A stretch of 19,997 bases of DNA from an uncultured cyanobacterium. GTDB taxonomy: Bacteria > Cyanobacteriota > Cyanobacteriia > Leptolyngbyales > Leptolyngbyaceae. The position numbers were made by a program, and so were the translations under genes. A model generated the notes under the pieces. It ran no database searches and was not told where the DNA came from. It saw nothing but the letters and a program-made list of their open reading frames with translations. Below, one piece after another: positions 8,320 to 17,605 of the stretch (the first letter of the stretch is position 1; every line of letters starts with the position of its first letter). The stretch spans positions 1-19,997 of the forward strand of contig CAVYAN010000004.1 of the NCBI GenBank assembly GCA_963766075.1. Reading direction: 5' to 3'.

Positions 8320-11167
8320 CTAGAGAGGGGGAATTGTGCCGGGAGAGTCTGATCTGGGTAGAGCCTGGATGATATTGATGACCGCGTCAAATTCAAAATC
8401 GTGAACGAGAGCGGCTAATCTATTCGCTAGATTATCGTATTCTTTCGGCAACTGTTCAATCAGTTTGAAGCAGCGATCGGCGTTGAGGCGCTGGGCTGCG
8501 GTGTGCAGATCCGTGAGCCAGGGGGTGGGAAGGGCGGGCGTAGGCGCACTGGCACTGTGGGCGATCGCCCCAGCAGGGCGGAGGGTGTTCCGGGGCGCGG
8601 GGCCGCTGGCACCCATACTGGCCGGGATGGCTGCTGAGTTGGAAATACCCAGGTGGTGGGCAATTTTGGTGATCAGTAGACTTGCCTTGCAGGGTTTATA
8701 GAGGATGTCATCGCAACCACTGGTGAGCAGGGGCATGGGCGTGGTCTGGAACGGACTGGCGGTGAGGGCAATAATTTTGGTGCGGGGAATAGCGGTGGGG
8801 GCAGCACGTTCGAGGGGGGTGGCTTCGCGGGTGCGGATATGTTGGATGGCCTGGTAGCCGTCGAGCAGGGGCATTCGCAAATCCATCAGGATCAGGTGGG
8901 GGGACCAAGTTTGCCACTGGGCGATCGCAGCCTCGCCATTTTCGACAGCGACAACCTCAAATCCAGCCTGGGAGATGCAGTTGACCAGAAAGAGGCGGTT
9001 TTCTGGAACATCCTCGGCGATTAGGATCCGGGGAACCGGGACGGGTAGAACTAGGCGGGTGAAACTGTCGGGGAGTGGGGCGGCGGGCAGGAGTGGGGCA
9101 GCGGGCAGGAGCGGGGCGGCAACAGCGGACCGTAGGGGCAGGGTGAAGGTAAACTGGCTGCCTCTGCCGAGGGTGCTTTGGACGGTGAGGGTGCCGCCAA
9201 GGATCTGAACAAATTGGCGCGTGATGGCTAAGCCGAGGCCGGTTCCCTGATGCGCGTTGCGCCCGACGTCGGTTTGGACAAAAGCATCGAAGATGAGATC
9301 CAGCTCATGGGCGGGAATGCCGGGGCCAGTGTCGGTGATTGTGAACCGGATCAGCGGTAGCCCCGTCCGAGGGATCGCCAGGGGATGGGGGAGCGGTGAC
9401 GGGCTGGACATCCAGGGTAATATGACCTTGCTCGGTGAATTTGATCGCGTTGCTGAGCAGATTGATCAGGATTTGACGCAGTTTACTTTCGTCGGTTTGG
9501 ATGAGGGTAGGCAGGTTATTCGTTTGTGTGAAGGTCAGGGTGAGGTGCTTTTGGCGGGCCTGCAAATGGAACATATCCTCTAGGGTCGTGAGGACGTGGG
9601 ATAGGTTGACAGCCGCGAGGGATAGGGGCAGGGCTCCGGCTTCGATCTTGGCGAGGTCCAGCACGCTGTTGATTAAGCTCAGGAGGTGCTCACCACTCTG
9701 GCTAATGCTGATCAGGCGATCCCTTTGGGTGGGGGTAAGGGTGCGATCTCCTGCCAGCAGTTCCGCGAAGCCGAGGATGACCGTGAGGGGGGTTCGCAAT
9801 TCATGGCTCATGTTAGCCAGGAAGCTGCTTTTGGCTTGATTGGCGGCTTCGGCGGCTTGGCGGGCTTGCTCTAGACTGAGGGTTTGGCTGAGAAGTTGTT
9901 GGGTGCGTTCTTGGATTTTGGATTCTAGGGTTTGGGCGTAGATGGCGAGATCGTGGTGGGCAGCGCGCAGATTAGCCCACAGCAGACAGGCACGGCGGGT
10001 GATGCCAGACCCGCCGCAGGCAAGCAGGGGAGAAATGAGGGGTAACCACCAGCCCCCCAGAAAACTGAGGTAGGTCACGCTGAAAAGGCCGCCTCCCGCT
10101 AGGGTCAACATAGGGAGGGCAGTTCGGAGGGTGGTGAGTCGCCACCCAAGGGTGCTACCGATTGCCGCCCATAATAAAATCCACGTCCATTCGGCGGGTT
10201 CGGGAAGGCCGCGCAGGGGAGGGCGTCCGTCTAGGGCGGCACTCAGGAGTTGATTGGCAATATTGGCATGGATTTCGACGCCGGACCAGGTTGTGTGGAC
10301 GTTACTGGTGTAGGGGGTGTAGAACCGATCGCTGAGACTTTCGGCAATGGAGCCAATGAGAATGATGCGATTGCGGCAAAGTTCTGGCGCAATGCGGTGG
10401 GCGAGCACATCGGAAAGCGAGATCAAGAGGATGCCCGTTTGGGGGCGGTAGTAGTTGGAGAGGGTCTGATAGCCGCCAATATCAACGTTCACATAGCCGC
10501 CTTCGTTGGGTTGGAGGGCGGTAAAGGTGGCTTTGCCCAAGTGCAGTTGGGCGTCCTGTTGCTGGGGAGAAATTTGGTCGGCTTTGAGGGCAATGAGGGC
10601 GAGTTTAGCCCCCAGGGTCAGGATGGGCTGTGGGGAGCGATCGCCAATGGAGAGGAGATTGCGGCGTATTTTGCCGTCATCGTCAATCACGAGATCGCTA
10701 GCGGCGACTTGATCGCGATCGCGCAGTATAGGTGGTCCAGCGACCACAGGTCCACTGGCATCATTAACCGTTTTTTCAATGCCAATTAGGTTGGGGGTGG
10801 TGGCAAACACTTGGCGGAGGGCTTGGTGTCCGGGTTCTACGGGCAGGTTGCGATACAGATCGAGGCCGATGGCGCGGGGTTTGTATTGCTTGAGAATAGT
10901 CAGCAGACGCGCCAGGTCGGCATCGGAGATGGGCCACTGTCCCAGGCGGGAAATATCGGATTCGTCTACCGTGACGATCACGACGCGGGCGGGGCGGGGG
11001 TCTAGGGGCCGCCAACGAAACCATTGGTCTAGGGCGGCCCACTCCAGGAGTTGTAGGATGCCTGTGGCTTGGAGGGCCAGAACAACTGTCGTCATTCCGA
11101 GGGTAACGGCAAGGGTGATGCCGATGCTCTGCCCGTGACGAAGCTGCTGTGTGATCTTTTGCCGCAT
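8320..11167 (-). pseudogene. CHASE2-domain hybrid sensor histidine kinase (CHASE2-3TM-HisKA-HATPase-REC) split by a 1-nt frameshift near 9361-9410; real lesion or sequencing error
   Basis: ORF 9305-11167 has CHASE2 ([28 protein letters not shown]), TMs, the H-box [13 protein letters not shown] and the N-box [13 protein letters not shown] 8320-9411 continues with G1 DTGPGI, the F box, G2 GTGLGLAI and REC (ILIAED, ILMDLRMP). The frames differ by one extra base; joined length is about 948 aa. Confidence 0.88.
9071..9120. repeat. In-frame 18-bp tandem repeat (~2.8 copies) encoding AAPLLP in the HATPase-REC linker
   Basis: GGGAGTGGGGCGGCGGGC, AGGAGTGGGGCAGCGGGC, AGGAGCGGGGCGGC. Confidence 0.85.
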
Positions 11168-11358
11168 GACCTACCCGGGAGCGTTACTAGAATTCTGCCA
11201 TGGACATGGGGCGCAGAGGCGATTTGGCCAGAGTTTCGGCAGGAGCCGATCCAGTGTGTGGTCTGCCCATGCCGCTATGATGCCATGGGTCTTGTCAAAA
11301 TTAAAACAGGCTGTGGGGCAATTTGTTAAGCGGCTTTTGGCGCGTTGATTGGGCGTGT

Positions 11359-12273
11359 TTATTGTTTCAGTGTGGTGATGGGAGCGCGGGGCTGATCTAG
11401 CGCGTTGAATCCAGCCAGTTGCAACAGTTCTGTCCAGCGTTGTTGCAGGACTGTATGGGTTGGATTGGCTTGACGCAGCTCCATGACTGTGGCGATCGCG
11501 TCATACCAGAGGTCATTGGCTCGATATAAATCAAGACGTTCCATTGGACTGGACTGGGCCAATTTCTGTTCTAGCCATGGGGCCAAGGCAATGCGCTGGA
11601 TGGTGCTTTGGGTGACCCAATCTTCAGTGCGATCGCGCGGATTACAAATCAGGACAACACTCCATTGATAGGTTCTATCGACGCTCAGGGGCGGGACTGT
11701 TGCAGGTAAGGGGATGCGCAAAAAACCAGATTGCTTGGGCACTGGAAATGTGGTTTGGAAGATGCCGTTTCCCTGGTCATCTAACAGGCTAAATTCAATA
11801 TGCTGGGCGATGGTTGTGGGAGTATATACCGTGAAAATAGGGCGATCGCGGCTCGTGCGGCCAACAGGAATCTCGGAACTGTAACCTGTCGGACTGAGGG
11901 TGGCGAGGGTGGCGACGTTGGGGGCATTGGGCCTAGACGCTGTGGGCCGTAGACAAGCATTCTCGGCAGGCCGGGAGCCACCGCCTTTGGTGCCAGAAGG
12001 TTTGCCTTTGCCGGGAGGGGTAATCGCAGCAGCGACCTGAGGAGATGTTGCGGGGGTAGGTACTGGAGAAATGGCTACACCAGTGGCGTGGATTGTATTA
12101 ATCTGGGTGGCATGAGTGGGAGTTGTATTCGCTGCATTAATGCCAGTGGCATGGGTTGAATGAGTGGCATTAATGATGGCGGCATTGGTTGCACTAATTT
12201 GGGCGGCGCTTAACAAGGGCACCAGTAACGGAAGCAAGAGAGCTCTGGAGCTTCGGGAAGCGGGATTGATCAT
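11359..12273 (-). CDS. DUF928 domain exported protein
   Basis: The probable start is ATG 12273 (the ORF extends to 12312). It has a signal-like segment RALLLPLLVPLLSAA, a Thr/Ala/Asn-rich linker, and the DUF928-type motifs GKPSGTKGGGSR..C, PIFTVYTP, YQWSVVLICNPRDR, LWYDAIA and WTELL. Confidence 0.85.
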   Translation of the reverse strand: MINPASRSSRALLLPLLVPLLSAAQISATNAAIINATHSTHATGINAANTTPTHATQINTIHATGVAISPVPTPATSPQVAAAITPPGKGKPSGTKGGGSRPAENACLRPTASRPNAPNVATLATLSPTGYSSEIPVGRTSRDRPIFTVYTPTTIAQHIEFSLLDDQGNGIFQTTFPVPKQSGFLRIPLPATVPPLSVDRTYQWSVVLICNPRDRTEDWVTQSTIQRIALAPWLEQKLAQSSPMERLDLYRANDLWYDAIATVMELRQANPTHTVLQQRWTELLQLAGFNALDQPRAPITTLKQ

Positions 12274-12402
12274 CAGGAATTTCCAAGTGGTGTGAATACT
12301 GCATACACCCACCTTGAGTATGGCAATTTATACAGGCGCTGGGTCCGCCAAATGGCGGAAAGAAAGATCTCTAAAAAGTAAATCTCGATCGACACATTTC
12401 GG

Positions 12403-14979
12403 CTATTGCCAACTGCCCACCAGCACAAAAGCAGACCAATAGTAAGGATGGCTAAATTCGGGGTGGTGTAAGAGTTGGAGTTGGGCTTGACGGACGGCTT
12501 CGGCCTTGGTGACGCGGGTTTGCATTAAGTGCGTGTAGAACTGAGTCATGAAGGTGGCTGTGGCTTCATCATTGACTTGCCAGAGGGCGGCTAGAGTGCT
12601 GCGAGCTCCGGATTTGACAGCAACACCTGCCAGTCCTAGAGCCGCCCGTTTGTCGCCTTGTGCCGTTTTGCAGGCGCTTAGCACCAGGAGGTCAATGGGG
12701 GGTAGATCTTTCAAGGTGCGCTGGGCCAACAAATTACCTAGGGCGGGCAGGGTTAAGCGCCCATCCCAGGTTTGGATAAAGGTTTGGTCAGCCTTGGAAC
12801 TAAATTGGCCATGGGTGGCCAAGTGCACAATGGATAAAGGCTGAGTACTCAGTTGGGTTTGGATGGCCTGTAGGGTAAAGGCTTGATTTAGCAGGGGCTG
12901 GGTGGCCAGGGTGCGGCTGATTTGGATAACTTCTTGGCTGACAGCGGGCAGGGCGGCAAAGTTGGCTTGACTATCGCTGAGGCCAGCGACGAGGGCCTGG
13001 ATTTTGGTGTGGGGAAAGGGGCGGGTTGGGAAAAATTGCAGCCCGGGAGTAAGGGCGATATTGTATTGCTCGATTAAGTATTGGTTCCCGTCGTGCAGAG
13101 CGGCCATGGGCAGGTTGCGCAGGGTGTCGTCGAGGACAAAAACGAGCGTGTGGATCTGGGCCTGCTGGAGATCGGCGATCGCGGGCTGAATTAACCAGCT
13201 GTAGAGGGTTTTGGCTATCGCGAGTCGTTCGGGTTCAAAGGAAGTAGACCGCAGGGACTGGCGCATTTGGTGAAAGTTGGCTTCCAATTCCGCTTGGGGA
13301 TGATAGGTGGCGTAGTGGCGTAGGGGTTGGTGGGGCAGGCTGAGGATGACTTCTAGGCGATCGCTGAGCACAATGGGATAAATCACAGCCGCCTGCGGAT
13401 CAACGTGATCAACGGACTGGGGTTGGGTGTCGATGCAGGCTTCGCGGAAGAAGTTGGTTAGTTCGGCCAGTTGCAAAGATTCGATGACGTGGCGGGCGAG
13501 TTGGATGCGGGGTTGGGATGCGGCGGTGGGAGCCTGGGATGCAGGTGTTTCTTGAAGTAACAGGCTGACCAGTTGCCGATAGACGGGTTCGATCTGGTCG
13601 CGGAAGGAGAATTGGATGTTTTGATTGATGGCGACGAGATCTTGGCGCAGGGTTTGCAGGGTATTGAAGGCTTGGGTGTAGGCAGCGATCGCTCCTCGGG
13701 TATCGCCTTGGGCAACCCACAGGCGACCGAGTTGCCATTGCCACTGATAAGCAATGTCTGGGGCATTTTCGCTATGGGCAATGGCCCAGGCTTTTTGGGT
13801 GAGGCGTTCGGACTCTGGCCACTGGTGGGTTTGTTCATAGAGGTGCCCCAGTTTGCCGAGGGCTAGGGATTGGGCGCGGCGATCAGCAAGCTGTTCTGCC
13901 TGTTGCCAGGTTGTACTTAACAATTGGGCGATCGCCCGTAGCTCTAGCGGATTGACTGGAGTCGGTAATGTTGATTGGGACAGAGGATTGACGTCGCTTA
14001 AATCCTGATTTTCCAGAAGAGTGCTGTCGAAATCCGCTGTAGTTTCGGGAGGGGTGAAAACGAGGTTTTTCCAAAGGTCAGCAAGCTCAATTTTTTCATA
14101 AACAACAATTCTGCTGACGGATTGGCTCTCGATATTTTTAAGCGTTTTTTCAATCAACGTTCGTGCGATTTCGGGTTGGTTGGATTTGATCTGCGAGGCA
14201 ATTTCCCCCAGTTGGGCGATGATTTGGGTGGGACCGGTTTCAGCCGCTACTTTTTTATACAGGACTAAGGCTGCTTTGATTTTGTTACGGGCATAGAGCG
14301 TGTGGGCTAAACTTACGGTTGTGCTTTGAATGTCTGCTGGCAAAGATAATTTCTGCGCAATGCTGAGACTTTGTTCCAGTACTTTTTGGGAGGTTTCTAG
14401 GTCGTCTACAACGCGGAGAACATTCCCCAGATTCAGCAGCGCTAGGGCTTTTAACGGCGAGTCGGGTTGGGTATTAAGGGTTGTGGCCACCCGTTGCAAC
14501 TGAATCCGAGCCCGACGGTAAAAGCCAAGGGCTTGCAGGGCTCGGGATTGGTTGATCTGACTGCCCAGTTCGCCGAGGCGATCGCCGCGCGCGCGATACT
14601 GGGTTTCTGCCTGCTGCCAAAGATCCAGGGCTGTGCGGGGGTTACCCTGTTGCAAGGATGCCTCACCTTGTTGATTCAAGGCTGCAGGATTGTTTGTCGA
14701 TGGGGTGGCAAGGGCTTGCGCTTGAGAAGACCGACGCGGCAATGGCTCAATTGCGACGTTAGAGTGGGCGTTGGCTTGACTATTGACTGGGGTACTAGAG
14801 CGGGCATGGACTTGGGCGGGGGCGATCGCGAGACTGAAAGCAATTCCCAGCCCAATTGATGCCCAAAATACTCGGATGACCAGATTGCTGAATCGGCCAG
14901 CCTGATCACTGTTCCAGAGCCTTAGCATTTTGGCGAGGCGCTGGGGGTGCGGCCTCCTGAAGTTACGTTTCACATTCAT
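12403..14979 (-). CDS. TPR-CHAT domain protein (caspase-fold protease), probably exported
   Basis: N-terminal hydrophobic segment ending AQVHA, TPR-like helices (YQWQWQLGRL), FSFRDQIEPVYRQLVSLLL and LQLAELTNFFREAC. CHAT motifs are LRNLPMAALHDG, VHLATHGQF (His), LVLSACKTA (Cys), LWQVND and HPYYWSAFVLVGSW. Confidence 0.93.
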   Translation of the reverse strand: MNVKRNFRRPHPQRLAKMLRLWNSDQAGRFSNLVIRVFWASIGLGIAFSLAIAPAQVHARSSTPVNSQANAHSNVAIEPLPRRSSQAQALATPSTNNPAALNQQGEASLQQGNPRTALDLWQQAETQYRARGDRLGELGSQINQSRALQALGFYRRARIQLQRVATTLNTQPDSPLKALALLNLGNVLRVVDDLETSQKVLEQSLSIAQKLSLPADIQSTTVSLAHTLYARNKIKAALVLYKKVAAETGPTQIIAQLGEIASQIKSNQPEIARTLIEKTLKNIESQSVSRIVVYEKIELADLWKNLVFTPPETTADFDSTLLENQDLSDVNPLSQSTLPTPVNPLELRAIAQLLSTTWQQAEQLADRRAQSLALGKLGHLYEQTHQWPESERLTQKAWAIAHSENAPDIAYQWQWQLGRLWVAQGDTRGAIAAYTQAFNTLQTLRQDLVAINQNIQFSFRDQIEPVYRQLVSLLLQETPASQAPTAASQPRIQLARHVIESLQLAELTNFFREACIDTQPQSVDHVDPQAAVIYPIVLSDRLEVILSLPHQPLRHYATYHPQAELEANFHQMRQSLRSTSFEPERLAIAKTLYSWLIQPAIADLQQAQIHTLVFVLDDTLRNLPMAALHDGNQYLIEQYNIALTPGLQFFPTRPFPHTKIQALVAGLSDSQANFAALPAVSQEVIQISRTLATQPLLNQAFTLQAIQTQLSTQPLSIVHLATHGQFSSKADQTFIQTWDGRLTLPALGNLLAQRTLKDLPPIDLLVLSACKTAQGDKRAALGLAGVAVKSGARSTLAALWQVNDEATATFMTQFYTHLMQTRVTKAEAVRQAQLQLLHHPEFSHPYYWSAFVLVGSWQ

Positions 14980-15058
14980 TTCATATTGTTTCTTGACGTT
15001 AACTCGATGTTAATCAGTGTGCAGAAGTCCTTAACGAGTCTTACTCTTAACAGGACTG

Positions 15059-15118
15059 GCGCTTAATCAGACAGCGCTCAATCAGACAGCGCATCAGACA
15101 TCAGCGCTCAATCAGACA
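15059..15118. repeat. 15-bp tandem repeat x4 (GCGCTCAATCAGACA consensus)
   Basis: Units at 15059 GCGCTTAATCAGACA, 15074 GCGCTCAATCAGACA, 15089 GCGCATCAGACATCA and 15104 GCGCTCAATCAGACA. Confidence 0.88.
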
Positions 15119-15145
15119 GTAGTGGCAAGGATGGCATGAAGGTAG

Positions 15146-15366
15146 GTCGAAGTTGTGGAAGAGGTTGGTATTAGCGCGGGTGCCGCCGGTAATCTGCACC
15201 AGACTGTTGTCGGCATTGACGTTGAGTGTGGCGTTGAGGCTGCCATCGGAGATGATTTGAGCGTGGAGGACGGGGGCTGACAAGGGCAAGGCCGAACAGG
15301 GCGATCGCTGTGCAGGCTGATCGGGCTTAGGAAGGAGCCAGGGACCGAAAGCAATGGGGAGGACAT
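15146..15366 (-). pseudogene. Remnant of filamentous haemagglutinin/TpsA-family exoprotein (signal peptide plus start of the haemagglutination-activity domain)
   Basis: HAQIISDGSL...QITGGTRANTNLFHNFD matches the cyanobacterial AQI.PD.TL...ITGGT..G.NLFHSF N-terminus. The hydrophobic signal core TAIALFGLALVSP lies in a different frame, with the shift at the C5 run near 15272-15276. Similarity stops abruptly at 15146. Confidence 0.8.
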
Positions 15367-15700
15367 TTCAGGGAGCAACCATAGGGAGTTTAAATGCGCC
15401 GTTAACGTGCGACTTAAACTCTTACACAGGTTTTTTACTGGCCCAGGAAAGTCTTCAGAACTTTGCCAATTAAACGGAGCCCCGGCCAGAAACGAAGCCC
15501 CATGGGGCGGCAAAGCAGGTTTTTTGATCTGCAACCTGTGAATTCCAGCCCCCTAGGGAGGGGGTGGGAATTTTGGGCATTCTGAATATTAGGGAACAGG
15601 GATCGATGCCGAATCAGTTCTAGGGCGTGTTCTTGGGGCCGACGGCACAATAGCTGGCTCAGCAGCAGGGAGCGGACAGAGAAACTTTGGATATGGGTAG

Positions 15701-16048
15701 GTGAATGTGCTAAGGCTGAACTGGAGTAAGCGGGCGGGGGAGGAGTTGCGATCGACGCCTCATTTGATTTTACGGACAGGGACGGGGAAGTATTTTTTCC
15801 CTTTAGTAGAATTTGAGCGGTGGACGATTGGGCGGGAGTCATCCTGCGAAATTGTGCTGGTGGATCCGTTGGTCTCCCGGCGGCAAGCCATTTTGATGTG
15901 TTCCCCAGCCAGTGGATTTTGCTTGATTGACTTGGGGAGCCGGAATGGATCGGTGGTGAATGGCCAAATTATTCAGCCGATGGTGCAGTTAAAGGGGGGC
16001 GATCGCCTCCGCTTTGGCTGGACAGAATTGGAATTCTGCCACCCGTAA
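15701..16048 (+). CDS. Stand-alone FHA (forkhead-associated) domain protein
   Basis: WTIGRESSCEIVLVDPLVSRRQA...LIDLGSRNGSVVNG...LKGGDRLRFG are the FHA GR, SR and NG motifs. The GTG start is uncertain. Confidence 0.85.
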   Translation: MNVLRLNWSKRAGEELRSTPHLILRTGTGKYFFPLVEFERWTIGRESSCEIVLVDPLVSRRQAILMCSPASGFCLIDLGSRNGSVVNGQIIQPMVQLKGGDRLRFGWTELEFCHP

Positions 16049-16082
16049 AATAAAGAGCATGTTTAATTTATCCGGCTGTGCC

Positions 16083-17196
16083 CTAGGGCTCGACTAATTG
16101 ATTTTCCTTGCGCAGGTAGGATTGGATAAAGGGATCAAGTTCGCCATTCATGACATCGGCGATCGCGGTGGTTTCTTCCCCAGTTCGGAGATCCTTAACC
16201 ATTTGGTAGGGGTGAAACACATAGTTGCGAATCTGGTTGCCCCAGGACGCCTCCACCATGTCGCCGCGAATTTCAGCAATTTCCTGGGCCTTTTGCTCTT
16301 GGGCAATAATCAGCAGCTTGGCTTTGAGGATGGCCAACGCTTTTTCTTTATTTTGCAACTGCGATCGCTCCTCCGTACAGCGCACAAAAATCCCCGTCGG
16401 CAGATGGACAATCCGCACTGCTGTTTCTACTTTATTGACGTTTTGCCCGCCCTTGCCGCCCGCTCGCGTGGTGGTAATTTCCAAATCCTTATCTGGAATC
16501 TCTAACTGCACCGTGTTATCAATCAGTGGCATCACTTCCACCCCAGCAAAGCTGGTTTGACGCTTATCATTGGCATTAAATGGCGAAATTCGCACCAGCC
16601 TATGGGTGCCCTTTTCGGACTTGAGGTAGCCATAGGCATAGCGCCCTGCAATTTCCAAGGTGGCCGACTTGAGCCCCGCCTCATCACCCTCAGAAATTTC
16701 CATGAGGTGCACCTTGTAGCGGTGATCCTCTGCCCAGCGGGTATACATCCGTAGCAGCATCTCGGCCCAATCCTGGGCATCGGTGCCCCCAGCCCCAGCA
16801 TTGATTGTCAAGACTGCCCCCTTGGAGTCGTATAGCCCAGACAACATTTGTTCTAGTTCCCACTGGTCTAAGTCTCTGCCCAGTTGAGTTAGGGTTGTCT
16901 CCGCTTCCTGGATGAGACTGGCATCGGGTTCTAGCTCCAGCAGCTCTAGCACAGCCTGGGCATCTTCTAGGTGCGTTTTCCACTGGTCAAATTGCTGCAA
17001 GTGGGACTTCAGGTCTGTGAGTTCTTGCAGGGTTTGTTGGGCTGCTGTTTGATCATCCCAAAAGCCAGTCTGGGCAGCAATTTGCTCTAAATCTTGAATT
17101 TTGGCGTTGAGGGCAGGGACGTCAAAGATAGTCCTGGGTTTTACCCAGGCGATTAGCCAACACGTCCACTAGCCGTTTGATTTCGACGCTATCCAT
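16083..17196 (-). CDS. prfB: Peptide chain release factor 2, programmed +1 frameshift
   Basis: ATG 17196 encodes [24 protein letters not shown], then CTT-TGA-C (17127-17121). The +1 frame continues DVPALNAK to the stop at 16083 (370 aa). It contains the SPF tripeptide (RISPF), GGQ and WGNQIRNYV. Confidence 0.98.
17121..17149 (-). promoter_or_regulatory. prfB +1 frameshift cassette (CTT TGA C with upstream AGGA SD-like element)
   Basis: The mRNA-sense sequence is CCTGGGTAAAACCCAGGACTATCTTTGAC. Confidence 0.93.
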
Positions 17197-17446
17197 AGGT
17201 GATCTCAGGGGTTCAATTCACTCAATACTCGTATCCAATCCGGGCGCAAGGCGGCTCGACAAAACTAGGCGCTCATCGGAGCATCTGTTATCCGTGATTT
17301 CCTCGCAATTTCTTCTTGCCTTGTTGATTCTAGCGACAGATCTGGCCAAAGTATCCGCAAAAACATCCGGTAGCTCAGAAAAATCCGGGGAATGATCAAA
17401 TCACAGCATTGTCCGCAATGCTTCATAGAATGGCATGAATTGTCCG

Positions 17447-17483
17447 AGCTGCAATTTTTCTGGGAAGAATTGCAGCTTTTTTT
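17447..17483 (+). terminator. Intrinsic (rho-independent) terminator-like hairpin
   Basis: AGCTGCAATTTTTC-TGG-GAAGAATTGCAGCT forms a 14-bp stem with one G:U pair, and a T7 run follows at 17477-17483. Confidence 0.7.
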
Positions 17484-17605
17484 AATGGGTTTTATAGGCT
17501 TGATCGGCCTTAGACGGATGACGACGCGCACTTGTCCAACGGCGCGGTCCCCAGGGATGATGGGAAGCAATGCCAAGCGCGGGATCCGCATCAGGAGTGT
17601 TTTTT

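Noticed and set aside
15059..15118. CRISPR-like array
   Set aside because: The units are 15 bp and abut with no unique spacers, and there are no cas genes.
16083..17000. 305-aa ORF as the complete RF2, or prfB as a pseudogene
   Set aside because: The missing N-terminus is supplied by the canonical programmed frameshift from ATG 17196.
17368..17440. tRNA-like TAGCTCAG
   Set aside because: There is no T-loop GTTCGA and no cloverleaf.
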